Positions 47,725 through 60,500 of a DNA stretch of 64,000 bases are shown one piece after another. Positions within the stretch are counted from its first letter, which is position 1. Every line of letters starts with the position of its first letter. This stretch comes from Tubulanus polymorphus. Lineage: Eukaryota; Animalia; Nemertea. The notes below the pieces were generated by a model. That model had not been told where the DNA came from. It searched no databases and was given only the letters and a program-made list of their open reading frames with translations. The stretch covers positions 3,752,485 through 3,816,484 of the forward strand of contig NC_134027.1 of NCBI RefSeq assembly GCF_964204645.1. The letters are read 5' to 3'. The position numbers and the translations under genes were made by a program.

Positions 47725-50700
47725 TTAGCACATTTTCATTTTTAAGAGATAACGAATTCTTGCTTGGCTCTCTTTATATACGAGATATTCACTTTCCGAG
47801 AAGTGGCTTGACTTGTAAGTCGATTGTTTGACAGGTTTGCCTTGTGGGATGACAACATCGAAGCCTTCCATTTTCAGTGAAGTATCCTGCTTTGGATCTG
47901 TAAATGAAAAGTAAAAGACATCTTTTGGGCTAAAAAAGATAACCCTTGTTTTTCAAAATTCCAAAATCTAAAATTGACCCCACTCTATTTTTTCCAAATC
48001 GTTAGAAACAACAAGAAAAATTATTAATAGTAAAAAATGATTGTTTTATTTGAAAAAATCAATACTGAGATGTAAAAGAAATGACCCGACGGATTCATAT
48101 ATGAGAAAACAAGGTATCTGTTTTAGCTTAGTGGTAAGGATAAGGAAATGAATAAAGGATAAGTGTTTGGTTTTGTCCCGAGCTCAATGAAGTTTGAGTA
48201 AATCAGATTTGTAGCTTAAAATGCTAACACTTGGTCTGAGGCAAAGTCCAGAGTTGAAACGATAGAGCAATGTAAAAGTATTTGAAAATTCTCGACTCAC
48301 CTGGTTCAGTTTGACCTTTGGCAATGACACAGTCTTTACCATTTGGTGCTTTAACCAGGCTACAATTATCTCTGGTGATATAATGTTCTTTTCCTAGAGC
48401 TACCTCATTCAAGAACATGATACCGATGTTATTGTCAGTAGATGAAACTGAAAACCGATTGTAATCAAATAACCTCATAATTTTTCATTGCCTAATGTAA
48501 AATCAAGTCCGATCATTTGGCATGCACCTACCATAACCAGATGATTTTCCTTGCTCCGATGCAAAATAGATGCCTCGACCAACTCGTCCCCCGCTATGAG
48601 GCATTATTCTCAATCCAGTTTTCAGAATGGCTGCCACCACCGCAACATTCGTACCATGCCACAACAGCTTTCGATTTTTCAAGGAATTATGAGTTGCAAA
48701 TCTTTCTCTCTTGATGAAATAACGAATATCATAGTCAGACATACATACAGTATAAGATAGGTGAAATAAATAAAAGATTCAACATCAAATGAATCGACAT
48801 CATTATTTTTATACCTCTCCCTCGCGATCAACTTTGAATACATCTATGATTTTACAATTATCATACGTGTCTTTTGTATTGTTGGTATACTTTTCAATTA
48901 ACTGAAAAAAAAAGACAACGCACCATCAGATATTCTCATCACTTTTAGCATGTTCAAAAATTGGAATATGCAATGCGTTGATTTTCATAGTGACTGTTGA
49001 ATGATAAAACCTACAATCAAAGAAAAACTGTAAGGGGATTTTGACTTTTTAACTCTTATGAGCTGTTTTCGAAAATTGCTCACAGCATTTCAGTTGAAGC
49101 ATCAAAATTCTCTAATAGCTTTTATTTGATTAAGGGGTTTATTCTTCAGTGAACGCAATGCCTTACTTTGAATTCTTTCGAACCCGGACTCAGATGTTCC
49201 AGTTTGCATTTCAGTAATGAATAATCAATATCTAGAGGGTGTATTACTTCAGTAGCATTCTAAATAAAGAAAACGAAATACCGGTAATCACAATGAAAAC
49301 ATGAAACTTGAAATCAATAAACCACTTCCTAAAATCGAGGCAATGAATTATATTACCATTTGTTTCTTAGCCTTTTCTTTTTCTAATTCCTGTGCAATTT
49401 CAATATCTCCAAGAACCTAGAATCCAGAAACCGAAAAGTTGTTTAACTTCTAAAAGAAAATGGTAAAGATATATCATATTTATATTCGAAATACTAACAG
49501 CAAGCATGTCATATTTAGATTGAACTGTTGCTAAGTCTCCAATGACCGGTGGTCGTTGTCTTCCAAAGTCATGCGGAATCAGAGTATAAAACCTTGAGGA
49601 TAATTCCGTCAAGTTGCCTTTCTTCGTCTTATTGAGTATATCTTCAATCTCCTCTAGACATTCATAGCCCTTGGCAATCTGTGCCTTACTTAATTTCCCT
49701 AGAGGCATTTTCTTCAAATCTGGAATCAACCATATTATTTTATTACAAATAACGAATGGCTACAACTACCTACTCTTATTACTTATAAGCACATACATTA
49801 AAGTAAAGCTTGCCTAACTCAGAACAACTGGGATCAGCAAAAACTCAGTCTGAGGCAAGCAAAATCTGAGTTTAGGATACGAAAATACTATGTTAGGTCA
49901 GAAAAATGATTTCGCTTTTGCCCCACTTTGTCAAAAGTCAGAGTTGGCCATCTCAGAGTAAGGCAACTGTACATGTACATTAGAGATGAGAGTTCAAGAA
50001 TAAACAAACTTTTTAAACAGCCTCCATACAATCTATCCATCAATAACAATAACTTACCTATGTTAAAGTCAGCCATTGCACTTTTGAACATATCAGTACT
50101 GAGGATGAGTTTCAGTAGATTCTGAGTAGGCTCATCCAGTGAACAAGGCTTCACATTCGTCATGTCTTTCGACATCTGCAAATCAGTTGTAAATCCATGT
50201 GTAGTAGGTTACCATCAAAAACGTAAGGAATCGAGTTTATTTCTTAATTTGAGAAACCTACATAATATTGTTTATTTACTTCTACTTCTTCTTCATCTTC
50301 CACCTCTTCCACTTCAATCAGAGTATATTTTCCTTTCACGGGTGAAAAACTCTCACGATCTTTCCAAGCATTTTTGGTTTTGTCTTTGAATTTCTTTTCA
50401 AAATCACTCACAGCCTTTTGCAGGTCATCGAAGGGTCCTTTCAGGGCAGAAGCCCCTGTTTCTCCCTGTAGAATATCACAAAACAATTCATTCATTCTTC
50501 AATGATACTAATGAAAATACTAAAAATATTAATAAAACTTCAGTTCTTACAACTCTTCCCCAGCGATTCCAACAATAATATGATCCTTCATCATCCAGTA
50601 AAACCTGAATGACATAAAACTTGTTGTTGTTGTGTCCTATGTTCGTTTGGTTCAGCATACAATCATAATCATCAACTACCTATCATAGAAAAATAAAAGA

Positions 50701-51376
50701 CGATTCAGATGAAGAAATTGAAATTATGAAGTGGAGGTAAAATCAGTCTTTTGTTATAATGTCATTATTGATGTTGCCTGCCGTGGGCGCTGGCATCTAT
50801 AATACTTTATAATACTTTCCATGGATATTAAGGCCTGAGCACGCATCTATTTAACAATGTCTCTACACAGTAACCAGACTCAGGGGTTGATTCAAGGTCA
50901 AAGCCAGGGCGCATGTCCACGTAAGAAATTTAGAGCCTTTTTCCAAGCTTCGCCCCAGGATCGGCTCCTGGCACTGTTACCGGACTTAAAGCTTCATGAT
51001 TGAATGTTTGTTTTTAACCCCCGTAAAGCCCTAACAACAACCATGGGCCAGTTGCTCAAAAGTTGGTTACAGTTAACCAGTGAATAGCTGATATGGTGAC
51101 AATTGAAATTTCATTGTTACTATGGCATTTAACGGCCGGTTATCTTTAACCAACTTTTGAGTTACTGGCCCCATATTGTTATTTTACCTCACTAAAATCA
51201 GCGACGTGACAATTCGCATCGACTTTGCGAAATTTTGCTTTTTTGTCTGATTTCTTATCTGCTGCTTGTAATGCTTTAATCGCCTGCTGTGCGGTGCTTT
51301 CTTCTTTCTTATTTTTCTTGGCAGCTGGTCCACCTGCAGCTTTCTTCTTGGTAGCAGCTTTTCTCTTTGGACCCAT
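47725..51376 (-). CDS. PARP3: ADP-ribosyltransferase PARP3 (WGR, regulatory and catalytic domains), 11 coding exons
   Basis: Basic N-terminus MGPKRKAATKKK. WGR domain DCMLNQTNIGHNNNKFYVIQ...WNRWGRV/GE. Regulatory domain KKMPLGKLSKAQIAKG and FYTLIPHDFGRQRPP. Catalytic H-Y-E in LLWHGTN, HSGGRVGRGIYFASE and FSESEYLVY. No zinc finger or BRCT domain, and the exons splice in frame. Confidence 0.95.
51045..51171. mobile_element. PIF/Harbinger-like palindromic MITE in the first coding intron of PARP3
   Basis: Terminal inverted repeats GGGCCAGTTGCTCAAAAGTTGGTTA...TAACCAACTTTTGAGTTACTGGCCC, with a 3-bp direct repeat CAT on both sides (51042-51044, 51172-51174). Confidence 0.8.
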
Positions 51377-51711
51377 TATTCTTAATAGAAAGACTTCATA
51401 TATATTCATTTGCAACCCACAGGTTTGAGTTCGTGAGCTTCCCTCCAAAAATCGAGCTATGTTTTTCGACCTGCTTTCTTTTGGGGTGCCCTTTTAGTTT
51501 CATGATACACCCTATTTTCGGGGTGCACTCCTCCCTGAGTCTATAGTCAGACCCTACATCATGTTGTTGGAGGTCTACTCGAAATCAGTAAACTTTTACT
51601 TTGATCACCCAATTTTTGGGAGGGAGTGAATGTCATAAGTGTAATTATAGCGCTTGTTATTCTTGTTGCACATATACGTACTACCAGGGGAAGTAAGTAA
51701 AAGCCCGGAAA

Positions 51712-51862
51712 TGGTTATTTAGCCGGATCCCGTTACGGACTTAAAAAAGATATTTTGCCGGATCCATATAATAACATAACGATAAAATCATTTTATTGGG
51801 TTTACGGGTTTGGGTTTCGATAGGGTTAGTGTCAAGAGGGCGAGAAGCGGGCTAAACAACTA
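51712..51862. mobile_element. Possible short degenerate inverted-repeat element with internal GGGTT(T/A)-like repeats
   Basis: Imperfect terminal inverted match TGGTTATTTAGCCGG / CGGGCTAAACAACTA; internal GGGTTTACGGGTTTGGGTTT..AGGGTTAG. Confidence 0.35.
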
Positions 51863-52314
51863 CAGCCTTGTATATTATATATAGTCCGCCAAGATTTTTA
51901 ACCCGGAGTTTTTGGACTGGATTTTCTCAAAATTCTTGACAGCAAGCAAGCCTCATCAAATTTACCCAGTTCGAATTTAAATGCGGCTAATCAAAAGTTA
52001 AGTTCAAACATCAATTAAAGCTTACTATCTAAGATCTCCCACCTTCTTTGGTGTCACGCATAGAGAGAATAATTGTTGGCAGGAACCCAATGAACTTGTT
52101 TTGACAAATTCAGTTTTGACAGTTCGGCGGACTTGTTTTGGTACAAATTACATTGTTACATGGGGATGTAATGATTTTGAACCTATGTGAATTTCGAATT
52201 CGGTTCGAACCCCAAAAACATTAAGAAATATTTCGACTGTCCCGCCCCATAGGGTTCGGTGCGTGCCGAGTCTCTATGCGATCAGTCAAACCATCCTCTC
52301 CAGCACATTCCACC

Positions 52315-52490
52315 CATCCTCCCCCGGCAGGGATTCGAACCTGATGGCATCGAGATTGCCACGGCACGGTGTAGCGATACCATCAGGTTCGAATGGCCCT
52401 GCCGGGGAGATGATTCTCACCCGCCGGCGAGGCAAGGATTCGAATCTGATGGCATCGCAAGCTGCAGTATGACTGAGTCTAGCGATCTAA
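52315..52490. mobile_element. Cluster of three tRNA-derived SINE-head-like fragments (B-box) in alternating orientation
   Basis: GGTTCGAATCC-like B boxes at ~52331 (-), ~52386 (+) and ~52436 (-), each within a shared ~38-nt unit. The first two form an inverted repeat (52315-52352 / 52375-52412). Confidence 0.6.
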
Positions 52491-52582
52491 ATTAAAGAAG
52501 ATTTATTGTTCATTAAAGGCGCCGGGACGATGGTGCCGGTACACATTCTAAAGATTAGAGTTATAATGATAATGATTTTATT

Positions 52583-52632
52583 TTTCATTTAACTACATTA
52601 CAAAATATTTCATTTAACTACATTACAAAATA
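52583..52632. repeat. 25-bp tandem duplication (TTTCATTTAACTACATTACAAAATA x2)
   Basis: Read directly; lies in the 3' flank of the FRRS1-like gene. Confidence 0.85.
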
Positions 52633-52772
52633 AGACCAAATTAATTCGGATGCTGGGTATAATGATATACCGGTATAAAAATAACTTAACAGATTATCGT
52701 GACATTCTCAGTTTATATATAGTATTGAGTAAATATTTGAGTGGGAGTTTGAAATTAGATGATTAGTTAGAA

Positions 52773-54173
52773 TTAGCCCATGGCGATGTAAACAATCATA
52801 GTTATCAGGAGGATCGCTGCAACAACGATATACACAGCTATCAACACTTTCTTCAGAATAGCGACGACACTGCTGCTCGAACCCTTGTCGACTTCTTCTG
52901 CAACAGCTTCGTTTGACTTGTCGTCATCAGAAATGGTTTTCATCTCAGTATCGACTTTATGTTTCTTCGTCGCAATACAATTGCAAACCTCAAGGGCGAT
53001 AAATATAATGCCGTAAATAATCATGTAAACACCCATAAGCCAAACGGTCCAGCTTGGAATCTTAAATTCACCCATTAGGAAACCGATGATTATAGTAATG
53101 TTAGCGAGGAGATATGATAATCCACCAACGATACGATGGCTCCAGTTGAATATCGGTCTTTTCTCGTGAGTGGGATCTGGTCTGAATAAAGCCATTATCG
53201 GATTTGCGATACATAATACGGTGACGATGATACCAAGGATAGGGTGCGCAGCATTTGGTAACTCGCTGTCCATTTCAAATCCACCTTCTGCCACGAATAT
53301 CAAGATGAAACCGAGGATTGTAAAAACCAAAACGACAACCATCGATATACGATGAAGTTGGAACCATAGTTTTGACTTGATACACATCACGCTGAAGTCT
53401 TCTTTGTAAAAGCGAGCGATGAGTATGGCAAGACCAGACGGCAGCGTCCATGCAAGAATCATAAAGATGGCGTGAGCGCGTTTCATCATGTGCTCCGGCG
53501 ATTCTTCTTTGTTCGAGGTTTTGGGAGGATCGACGGAGCTAAGGTCGACGTCTCCGGATGATATCACTGGCAGATGACCAGCTGACGTTGAATGTTTAGT
53601 CAGAGCACCAGCTGATTCCGTTCCTCTCGCAATCAAAAGGTGCCATTTTTGCGCAAGGTCAAATATTTCCGCATTTGGAGGCGCAACTGTCTTTTGGCGA
53701 GAAAATGTACACGTTATACGACCATTTTCAACAACGCCTGTCTTCGTCGGCTGTAGGCCGGCCTGTGAAATTGCAACATTGACATATCTTCGATTGTACG
53801 ATTGGTATATCTTCATTTGATTCGACGAGGCCATGGACAGACAAGCCAAAACCGAATCGTCACCCATCTTGGCGTCTGAAGAGAATCCAATAGCTACGTA
53901 AGGAGCAGTCGTTCCCGATATAACTTTCGAACTGAGTTCAAAATCGATGTCGTTACCATTTGCTTTGTACGTGAGCAGATAATCGCAATTTGTAAAAGAA
54001 CAACCATCTGGAACCCTGAAGCAGCCCTTCGAGACGCCGCATGTTGAGGTGTCTATCTGAGTGCTAGGTGTAGGTGAAAATTGTCCATTTGCAATGCCAA
54101 AAAACGCAATGAATATGAACGAAAAACCAAACAAATAAAATTGCTGCATATTCGACACACAACCTTGCACCAT
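52773..54173 (-). CDS. FRRS1-like: Ferric-chelate reductase 1-like (DOMON + cytochrome b561), intronless, no Reeler domain
   Basis: Signal peptide; CGVSKGCFRVPDGC; DOMON YVAIGFSSDAKMGDDSV and LTKH; four b561 heme His in KRAHAIFMILAW, WFQLHR, AHPILG and FNWSHR; NPIMALFRP. Confidence 0.92.
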   Translation of the reverse strand: MVQGCVSNMQQFYLFGFSFIFIAFFGIANGQFSPTPSTQIDTSTCGVSKGCFRVPDGCSFTNCDYLLTYKANGNDIDFELSSKVISGTTAPYVAIGFSSDAKMGDDSVLACLSMASSNQMKIYQSYNRRYVNVAISQAGLQPTKTGVVENGRITCTFSRQKTVAPPNAEIFDLAQKWHLLIARGTESAGALTKHSTSAGHLPVISSGDVDLSSVDPPKTSNKEESPEHMMKRAHAIFMILAWTLPSGLAILIARFYKEDFSVMCIKSKLWFQLHRISMVVVLVFTILGFILIFVAEGGFEMDSELPNAAHPILGIIVTVLCIANPIMALFRPDPTHEKRPIFNWSHRIVGGLSYLLANITIIIGFLMGEFKIPSWTVWLMGVYMIIYGIIFIALEVCNCIATKKHKVDTEMKTISDDDKSNEAVAEEVDKGSSSSVVAILKKVLIAVYIVVAAILLITMIVYIAMG

Positions 54174-55999
54174 ATCGGCTACGAGTGTAATGAAACACGT
54201 CGTGCAACAGGTTCAGAATATCTAGCTATCGATTCGTATAGATCGATCTGAACGATTGTGTTTTCGTTATGGCAACTGAGAAATATTTATTGGTGTCGAT
54301 AGTCTTATAAAAAAAAATTGTACCTTCGTAGAATATAAAACGTCAGGTGGTTTGACAATGTTTCACCTGACTGTTGTATTTTGTATATATGTGCCGGTAC
54401 GTACGTGGGACGACCCTTTCCGTATATTGTTTGTTAAGAATTCACGAGTACTTAATATGAAACCAGTTTACAGTATTCAAATTCATAATAGCGATCACTG
54501 AAACACATAAACAGCCAGTCGTACTAGCACTGAAATTATATTATGTCTTGAATTGAATGAATTCTTTGCACTACACTGATATCACGCAGGCACTCACTAT
54601 AGAATTCAGTTGGAACTGCTTTACAAGCTGGCCTAAAATGCATCATGTTCTCAAAAGAAAATTATGAAAGGCTATTCATACCCGTATTTATAATTGATCG
54701 AATTAGGTTATCCAAGTGCTCCTAGTAAACCGTTAAAAAGGGAAAACTGAGTCTTTAGCTGACTGGAGTTATACTTATCTACAAGGAAAATGATAATTGA
54801 AAAATTGAAAAAAAATTAAATAGTGTGCTTCAGATATTTGAACTTTAGATATTCAGATATTTATAGATCAGCAGGTTAAAGATTGATAGCGATTTTACTA
54901 GATTTTTCATTATGATTGCGTCTTCGGAATTCAAAAGTTCGTTATAATTAAGCACATGAAGTTTCCAGAATCTGCTCGGATTTAGAGTTTTTCTAATATT
55001 TTGGTATTTTTCACACTTTAGAATAAAATGATATTTACCACCGATGTCACCTTCATTAAGTTATCGCACAATCGTCAAACCGAACACGTGCGCCATCTTG
55101 CACAATAAACGTGCTTTTAATTTGGATGTACACACGATCAAATTTCTGTCGAAAATATTTCTAGCTCATGAAATTTTTCTAGCGGCTGAAATTATTTCAA
55201 TGAAGTCCTCAAAATATTCTTGGCGACTCAAGGACAGTGTCCTCAGACTCGATCTGTACCATCGATAAGTCTGATCCAGTGCATATATACGCTCACTTTA
55301 CACCGAAGAGACCGATTAACGTTTGATTTGTCATACAATTCGTCAGATCTGTCGCCGGAGAAGTAATTACCATCGGGATATCACGCATCAGTGTTCGTAT
55401 TTGCGAGAATATTTCATTTTCTACCGATTCTTTCCCTCCCCTGACTGTCTTACGATAAGTCGCCTTAGACGCTGCTCAGGCGTATGTACCAAATCAAATA
55501 ACTTCAGATTATGTTGATTTTTAATCACAGAGCCTCGGCCAAAATTTCGTTCGGTCGGTCTGCGTTCCATACCATCGTAAATCTTCAAAAAAATATCCTG
55601 GTATGTTAATTCTACTGAACCATAAGCAAAACACCTCGGAATTGTCGTGAAATCGACATAAATCATAAAAACATACTTTGTAAAGTTAACTAAAGGCAAA
55701 AAAATACATAAATCCTCGTTATGTATTTTTGCTAAAGGTTATATAGAGAATTGAACGAATCGTACATATACATCTTGCATGGACGGCCACATTTTATCTT
55801 GAATCTCCTTCGTGCATAGCAAATGGAGTCATTAATTGAATAAATGGTTTCAATACGACAGCGAAAAACAAATGCATCGACGCTTTAATTGATACTGGAT
55901 TCAATTTGCGAGAATTCCCCTTGAAAGCTATTAATCCCGAACACGTTGTTAAATAAGGTAATATTCTTAGTTTTGTTTATTCTGACACGCCATTAGATA

Positions 56000-57780
56000 T
56001 ACATTCGCGTGTGTGGTTTATGGCGAAACTGTAAGATCCCAAGACGTGAAAAAGAAGCAACTGCTCCTGATACAAATATTAGAAAATATCGAGTATTTTT
56101 GTGACTAATAGTGTAAATGTATTTGATGGTGTTGGTCATTTCGACGTGACAATGATAAATTGGTGTCGGCTCATGCTGGCGTTGATATATTACCACCGTC
56201 TTTGATTGAATTCTCAGGAGTAATCGTCTGTCCAGTACATCGTACCTTCCGTGCGGATGGGGAGGTTGTCACGGCGAATAAACTGTTGTTGACCGTTCGA
56301 CACCAATCAGTTGAGAAAGATAAGGCGTTTGCACCATGTAATTAGAACATTTATTGGTTTGAGAATTTTTGACCTGGTGGATGCCATGGTAAGGTTTCAG
56401 CACGCAATGGCTCATTCCTTTATGCTTTCATGGCTAATTACAACATCAAGAATTGTTTGTGAATGTTTCAGTGTCCAATTCGATGAGGTGTATTATTAAA
56501 TTATCAAACACTTTCTGGACTGACAAGATACTCAACCCAGTTTTATATGTGAATTTCATTAACACGGATGTATCCAACAAATTAATCTTACAATTTTCGG
56601 TTCCTTCAGTAATAGCCTATTAGTTGTCAAGTTTCTTATCCGAACGGAGCACGTAAGGAGTACCCACAAGTCAATGATCGCATGTATATTGCCAGTTTCA
56701 TTTGACGTCGTTGTTATTTTCATCCAAGTATATGTGTATACGTGTTGTAGGTTTATGTAAATGATAAGTGTTTTTGTGAATTCTAGGTGGTGAGACCTGG
56801 TGATTGATGGTAAGCACCGGAGAGTTTATTCGATTAGATTATCTTGCGGGAATTCTTCGTTTTGTATCAACAGAGAGCGACATAATGATAGATCATTTCG
56901 TTAAATTATTCATTCGATTATTCTTTTGGGAGTTTCACTTATATAATCGCTCGGTCTGTTTGATTATTCGCCACATTTGTCCTGAGAAGACGGCGTCAAT
57001 AAAATTGTCTCATATTTTTCTTTTCTGTGACGTCTAATTCAACAAAAAGCAGTCGTAGTATCCAAGGTTGTATTGAGTGTAAACAAACGTTATAATCTAC
57101 AAGGACGACGGTACGAAGAATTGGTTGAGGTTGTTTGCTTTCGCCGATCGTCATCAATCTGGAAAAGGAGCTAATCCGCGTATACAACTGTGATTCAAAC
57201 AAGTGTTGGACAATTTCCCTGGATCGGTTAAATCTGGTCCCCAATCCATTAATAGCTCACGGGATGATATGGACATCTTGCAAAGTGTTTAATAGGGTGA
57301 AATCCCGAATTAACAACACTGTTCTGCCATTTGAGTCCACTACGTACATTTAGTGGCGTAAGATTATAATCCGCAAATCGTACCCTATTGACCTTTCCGA
57401 ACGACGCTTATGGTGAAAATATCCGTACAAATTCTAGAACCAAGCATCATGCAGGCCACATCTCAAGTATATTTCCATTCCTGGTAGAAACCTTTTCAAT
57501 CGTATCTTGATCATTTATTTACATGTGGTAAGGGGTGAAAGTTTTGCCTGATACATATCGTGTATTACTTGGATTAGCCAGCAATGATATGCGTTGTTTT
57601 CTTGCCCCCGAATCCAACGCATCAGCGAGCATGTCTGAACGTAACAAATGGATCACCGGGGATCGACCATTCCAGCGGCAATTGGCCGGTTTTTTCTGCG
57701 AGTAAAGACGAAAATAATTAGTCGCCGGTTTGGAAAGAATAATGCTCCGGATGAGTCTGGCGTCGATAAAAGATCCGTAA
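56000..57780 (-). pseudogene. Probable decayed glycosyltransferase family 92 (DUF23/galt-1-like) gene
   Basis: Collinear frameshifted remnants: DDDRRKQ/QPILRTVVLV and YYDCF (~57050-57160; cf. SAYYDDR..PxIRI..YC), YISETP/YHYVAL, RIHIY, IGYY, an EYLV...PHR/NWTL stretch (cf. YxxxxDxDEFIxP) and KCSNYMVQT...IGV (cf. RSKYMV...IGVH). Boundaries approximate. Confidence 0.4.
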
Positions 57781-60328
57781 CCGACGAGGCACTCAGCAAC
57801 TGAGCGGATCCGATAACAACTGGTTGATTCATATCATAAATACACAATATCTCTAGAAAGCCAATGATAAAGGCGCGGAACGCTTTCTGAGCTTTCTTCC
57901 ACGGGATATAATGTCTTTAGAATGTGCATGCATCACCGCAATGTTTGACAACTAGCTTACCAATTCAGCATTATTCCCATTTGCAACGCAATGCAGAAAG
58001 GAAAAATCTTGCAGCGGAAAAAGATCTATGCGATATAAAGGAAGTACATATCTACAGACGGGCACTCGAAATAATCGGACATGATGCGATTGCCATGTGA
58101 AAGAAATGCTGGTAAAAGATCATCAGTACATATACATGGCAGTAGCCGACATTCAATTACCCTAAACAATTTCGAGCACCCATTTCGCGAGGAACCACGC
58201 AGAAGTTCTCACTCGTATCAACTGGACGCGGTATCGCGGAGTGTCGCGGGTTTCAAGTCAACATTCAATGAAGGAGGAAGTGTAAACGAAAAGTCCATTA
58301 AGAGATTAAATGTATTTTTATAGATTTACATCGCGACGACAATGTCCTTGCGAGAACCATCAAGTATCACGAAATATCATCGTCTATTTTTGTAATAAGG
58401 AATGATGTTGATACTCTTCATACGGTTTATCAGATCCACAATAATGTCATGAAAACACCGTGATGTATCGGTAAGGTAGGCTTAACGAGACTCGTCACGT
58501 TTGACGTTGCCGCGGTTGCTTGCAGATTCTACGAAAAAATTCACTTTCATGAAATTCATTGCCAATTATTCGACTGGTGATCGCTTTCAAGGAATGATAT
58601 TGAACTCGGAATATAAATCAAGCTGTTGCAGTAAAAAGAAGGGAACTCAGTCGGCAGTGTCTAATCGAACCGTGAAATTCGATGAATGAGAATTGCAAGA
58701 CTTTGACGTATAACGAGGCGATATTAATTATGACAATTTCTATCTTTGCCCGTAGCTATGTAATTTATCCAGGGCATATGACCATCAAATTAATGTTCGT
58801 ATTCTCATTCATTCCCCTTCCGATTTAGGCACGCAAGCTTCGATGCAATTACCCAGTGAAACCATTGTTTCGTACACCGAGGAAAGTTGATAGATTTATG
58901 ATGTATTACACCCAATGCTCTAACTTTAAGATTTTACATTTCAAATAAAACAAACTGACGAAATTAATTAGAATGACCCCCATATACATCATGATGTTCC
59001 CTTCTGCGTACTTAAGAGGAAAACATTATTGGCGTTTTTAATGCGTAAGTCTTTTATACAGCTTTATTGAGGAGGTACTTATCTCGTTGCTGACAAATTT
59101 TCCTGCCTCTCAAAATGTTGTACCTTGCATACTAACAATGTATGTTAGCACACAAAGACGTATAACTAACGGACGTTAGAAGAGAACATAAAGTACGGAG
59201 AATCGATTCAATTCAACCTTACAATGAAAAAGCATAGCTTATTTTTTTAATGTCTCATCCTCGATTTTAAGCCACAGGTTCGCGCGTGGTAATTTTCCCC
59301 TCATTATAAAACAGAAGATAATTAGAAGTCGGGGTCCAAACGAGAAAGAAGCTGCAAGGCCCGAGGCCACAAGCAGGGTCCTACCCCAGGTGTTAGAACG
59401 GTGATGAAATATACCCGAAAGATGCAATTTCCGAGAGGATGACAGTTAAATATGCAGGTAAAGTGATGAGCTATATCTTGTCAAAAAAGGAAACTTCAAT
59501 GGGAAGGCAGGATCCATATCCCGAAACTCCCTTAGATCCATCCCTCATTTATCTGCCTGAATATTACACGGGAATTGTCTGAAATTATGATTATGAATAG
59601 AAATGAATTTGAAATTATTAAGTGTTCGATATGGGCAGCAAATTCATCGACGGATGGCCGGAGAGCTCTGTGGTTGACGCGACAAAAACGCATGTGCAGA
59701 TTGAAGTTAATGTGATATGGACGTTTGAGTCAGCCTGACAGGCAGATGAGTCGCGGTTACTGTTGGAAGCGAAGAACAGCGGAATCTAATGACGCAGAAA
59801 AAACAAGAGATCACATCCTGGGGCATCAGTAGATACGTTGGGGGGACGACGAGAACGATTGGATAGATAGTCAAGGGGACAGTCAGTTGTTCATCGCTGT
59901 CAAGGCAAGTAATCAAATTATATGCATACAGTATCTTTGGTGTGTCTTGTTTGCAAACCTTGTGCGATACGCGAAAGCCTTTCGAGAGAATATATGCTCG
60001 TTTAGCGTAGCTACTTTACCTTTGATATCATTAAGTTTGTATAATATATGAATATGCATGTAGCCTAGATATTTAGATATTACAAATATTCAAAATAAGA
60101 TCTAACGTTCAATCCCTGCTAGTCGTCCCCTACGTGTTAATCTACAGTCGGGCATGTAACCTCTCGTACTCAGTACGCATACTTTACTTTAGTCCAATCA
60201 AATCTAGTCCATAAATCGATGTTTTTCAATTTCAGAACCCATTTGTTTATCAAATCTCTGAAGTAAACTATTTCTACTTTTCACTATTCTCTTTTCTTTT
60301 TCTGTATCATGTTAAGCCAATGAGCATT

Positions 60329-60500
<172 letters not shown>

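Noticed and set aside
52315-52490. Functional tRNA gene
   Set aside because: B boxes are present but there is no acceptor stem or anticodon arm; treated as SINE-like fragments.
59655-59685. GGCCGGAGAGCTCTGTGGTTG, resembling a tRNA/SINE 5' end (A box)
   Set aside because: No B box or cloverleaf downstream; too short to support.
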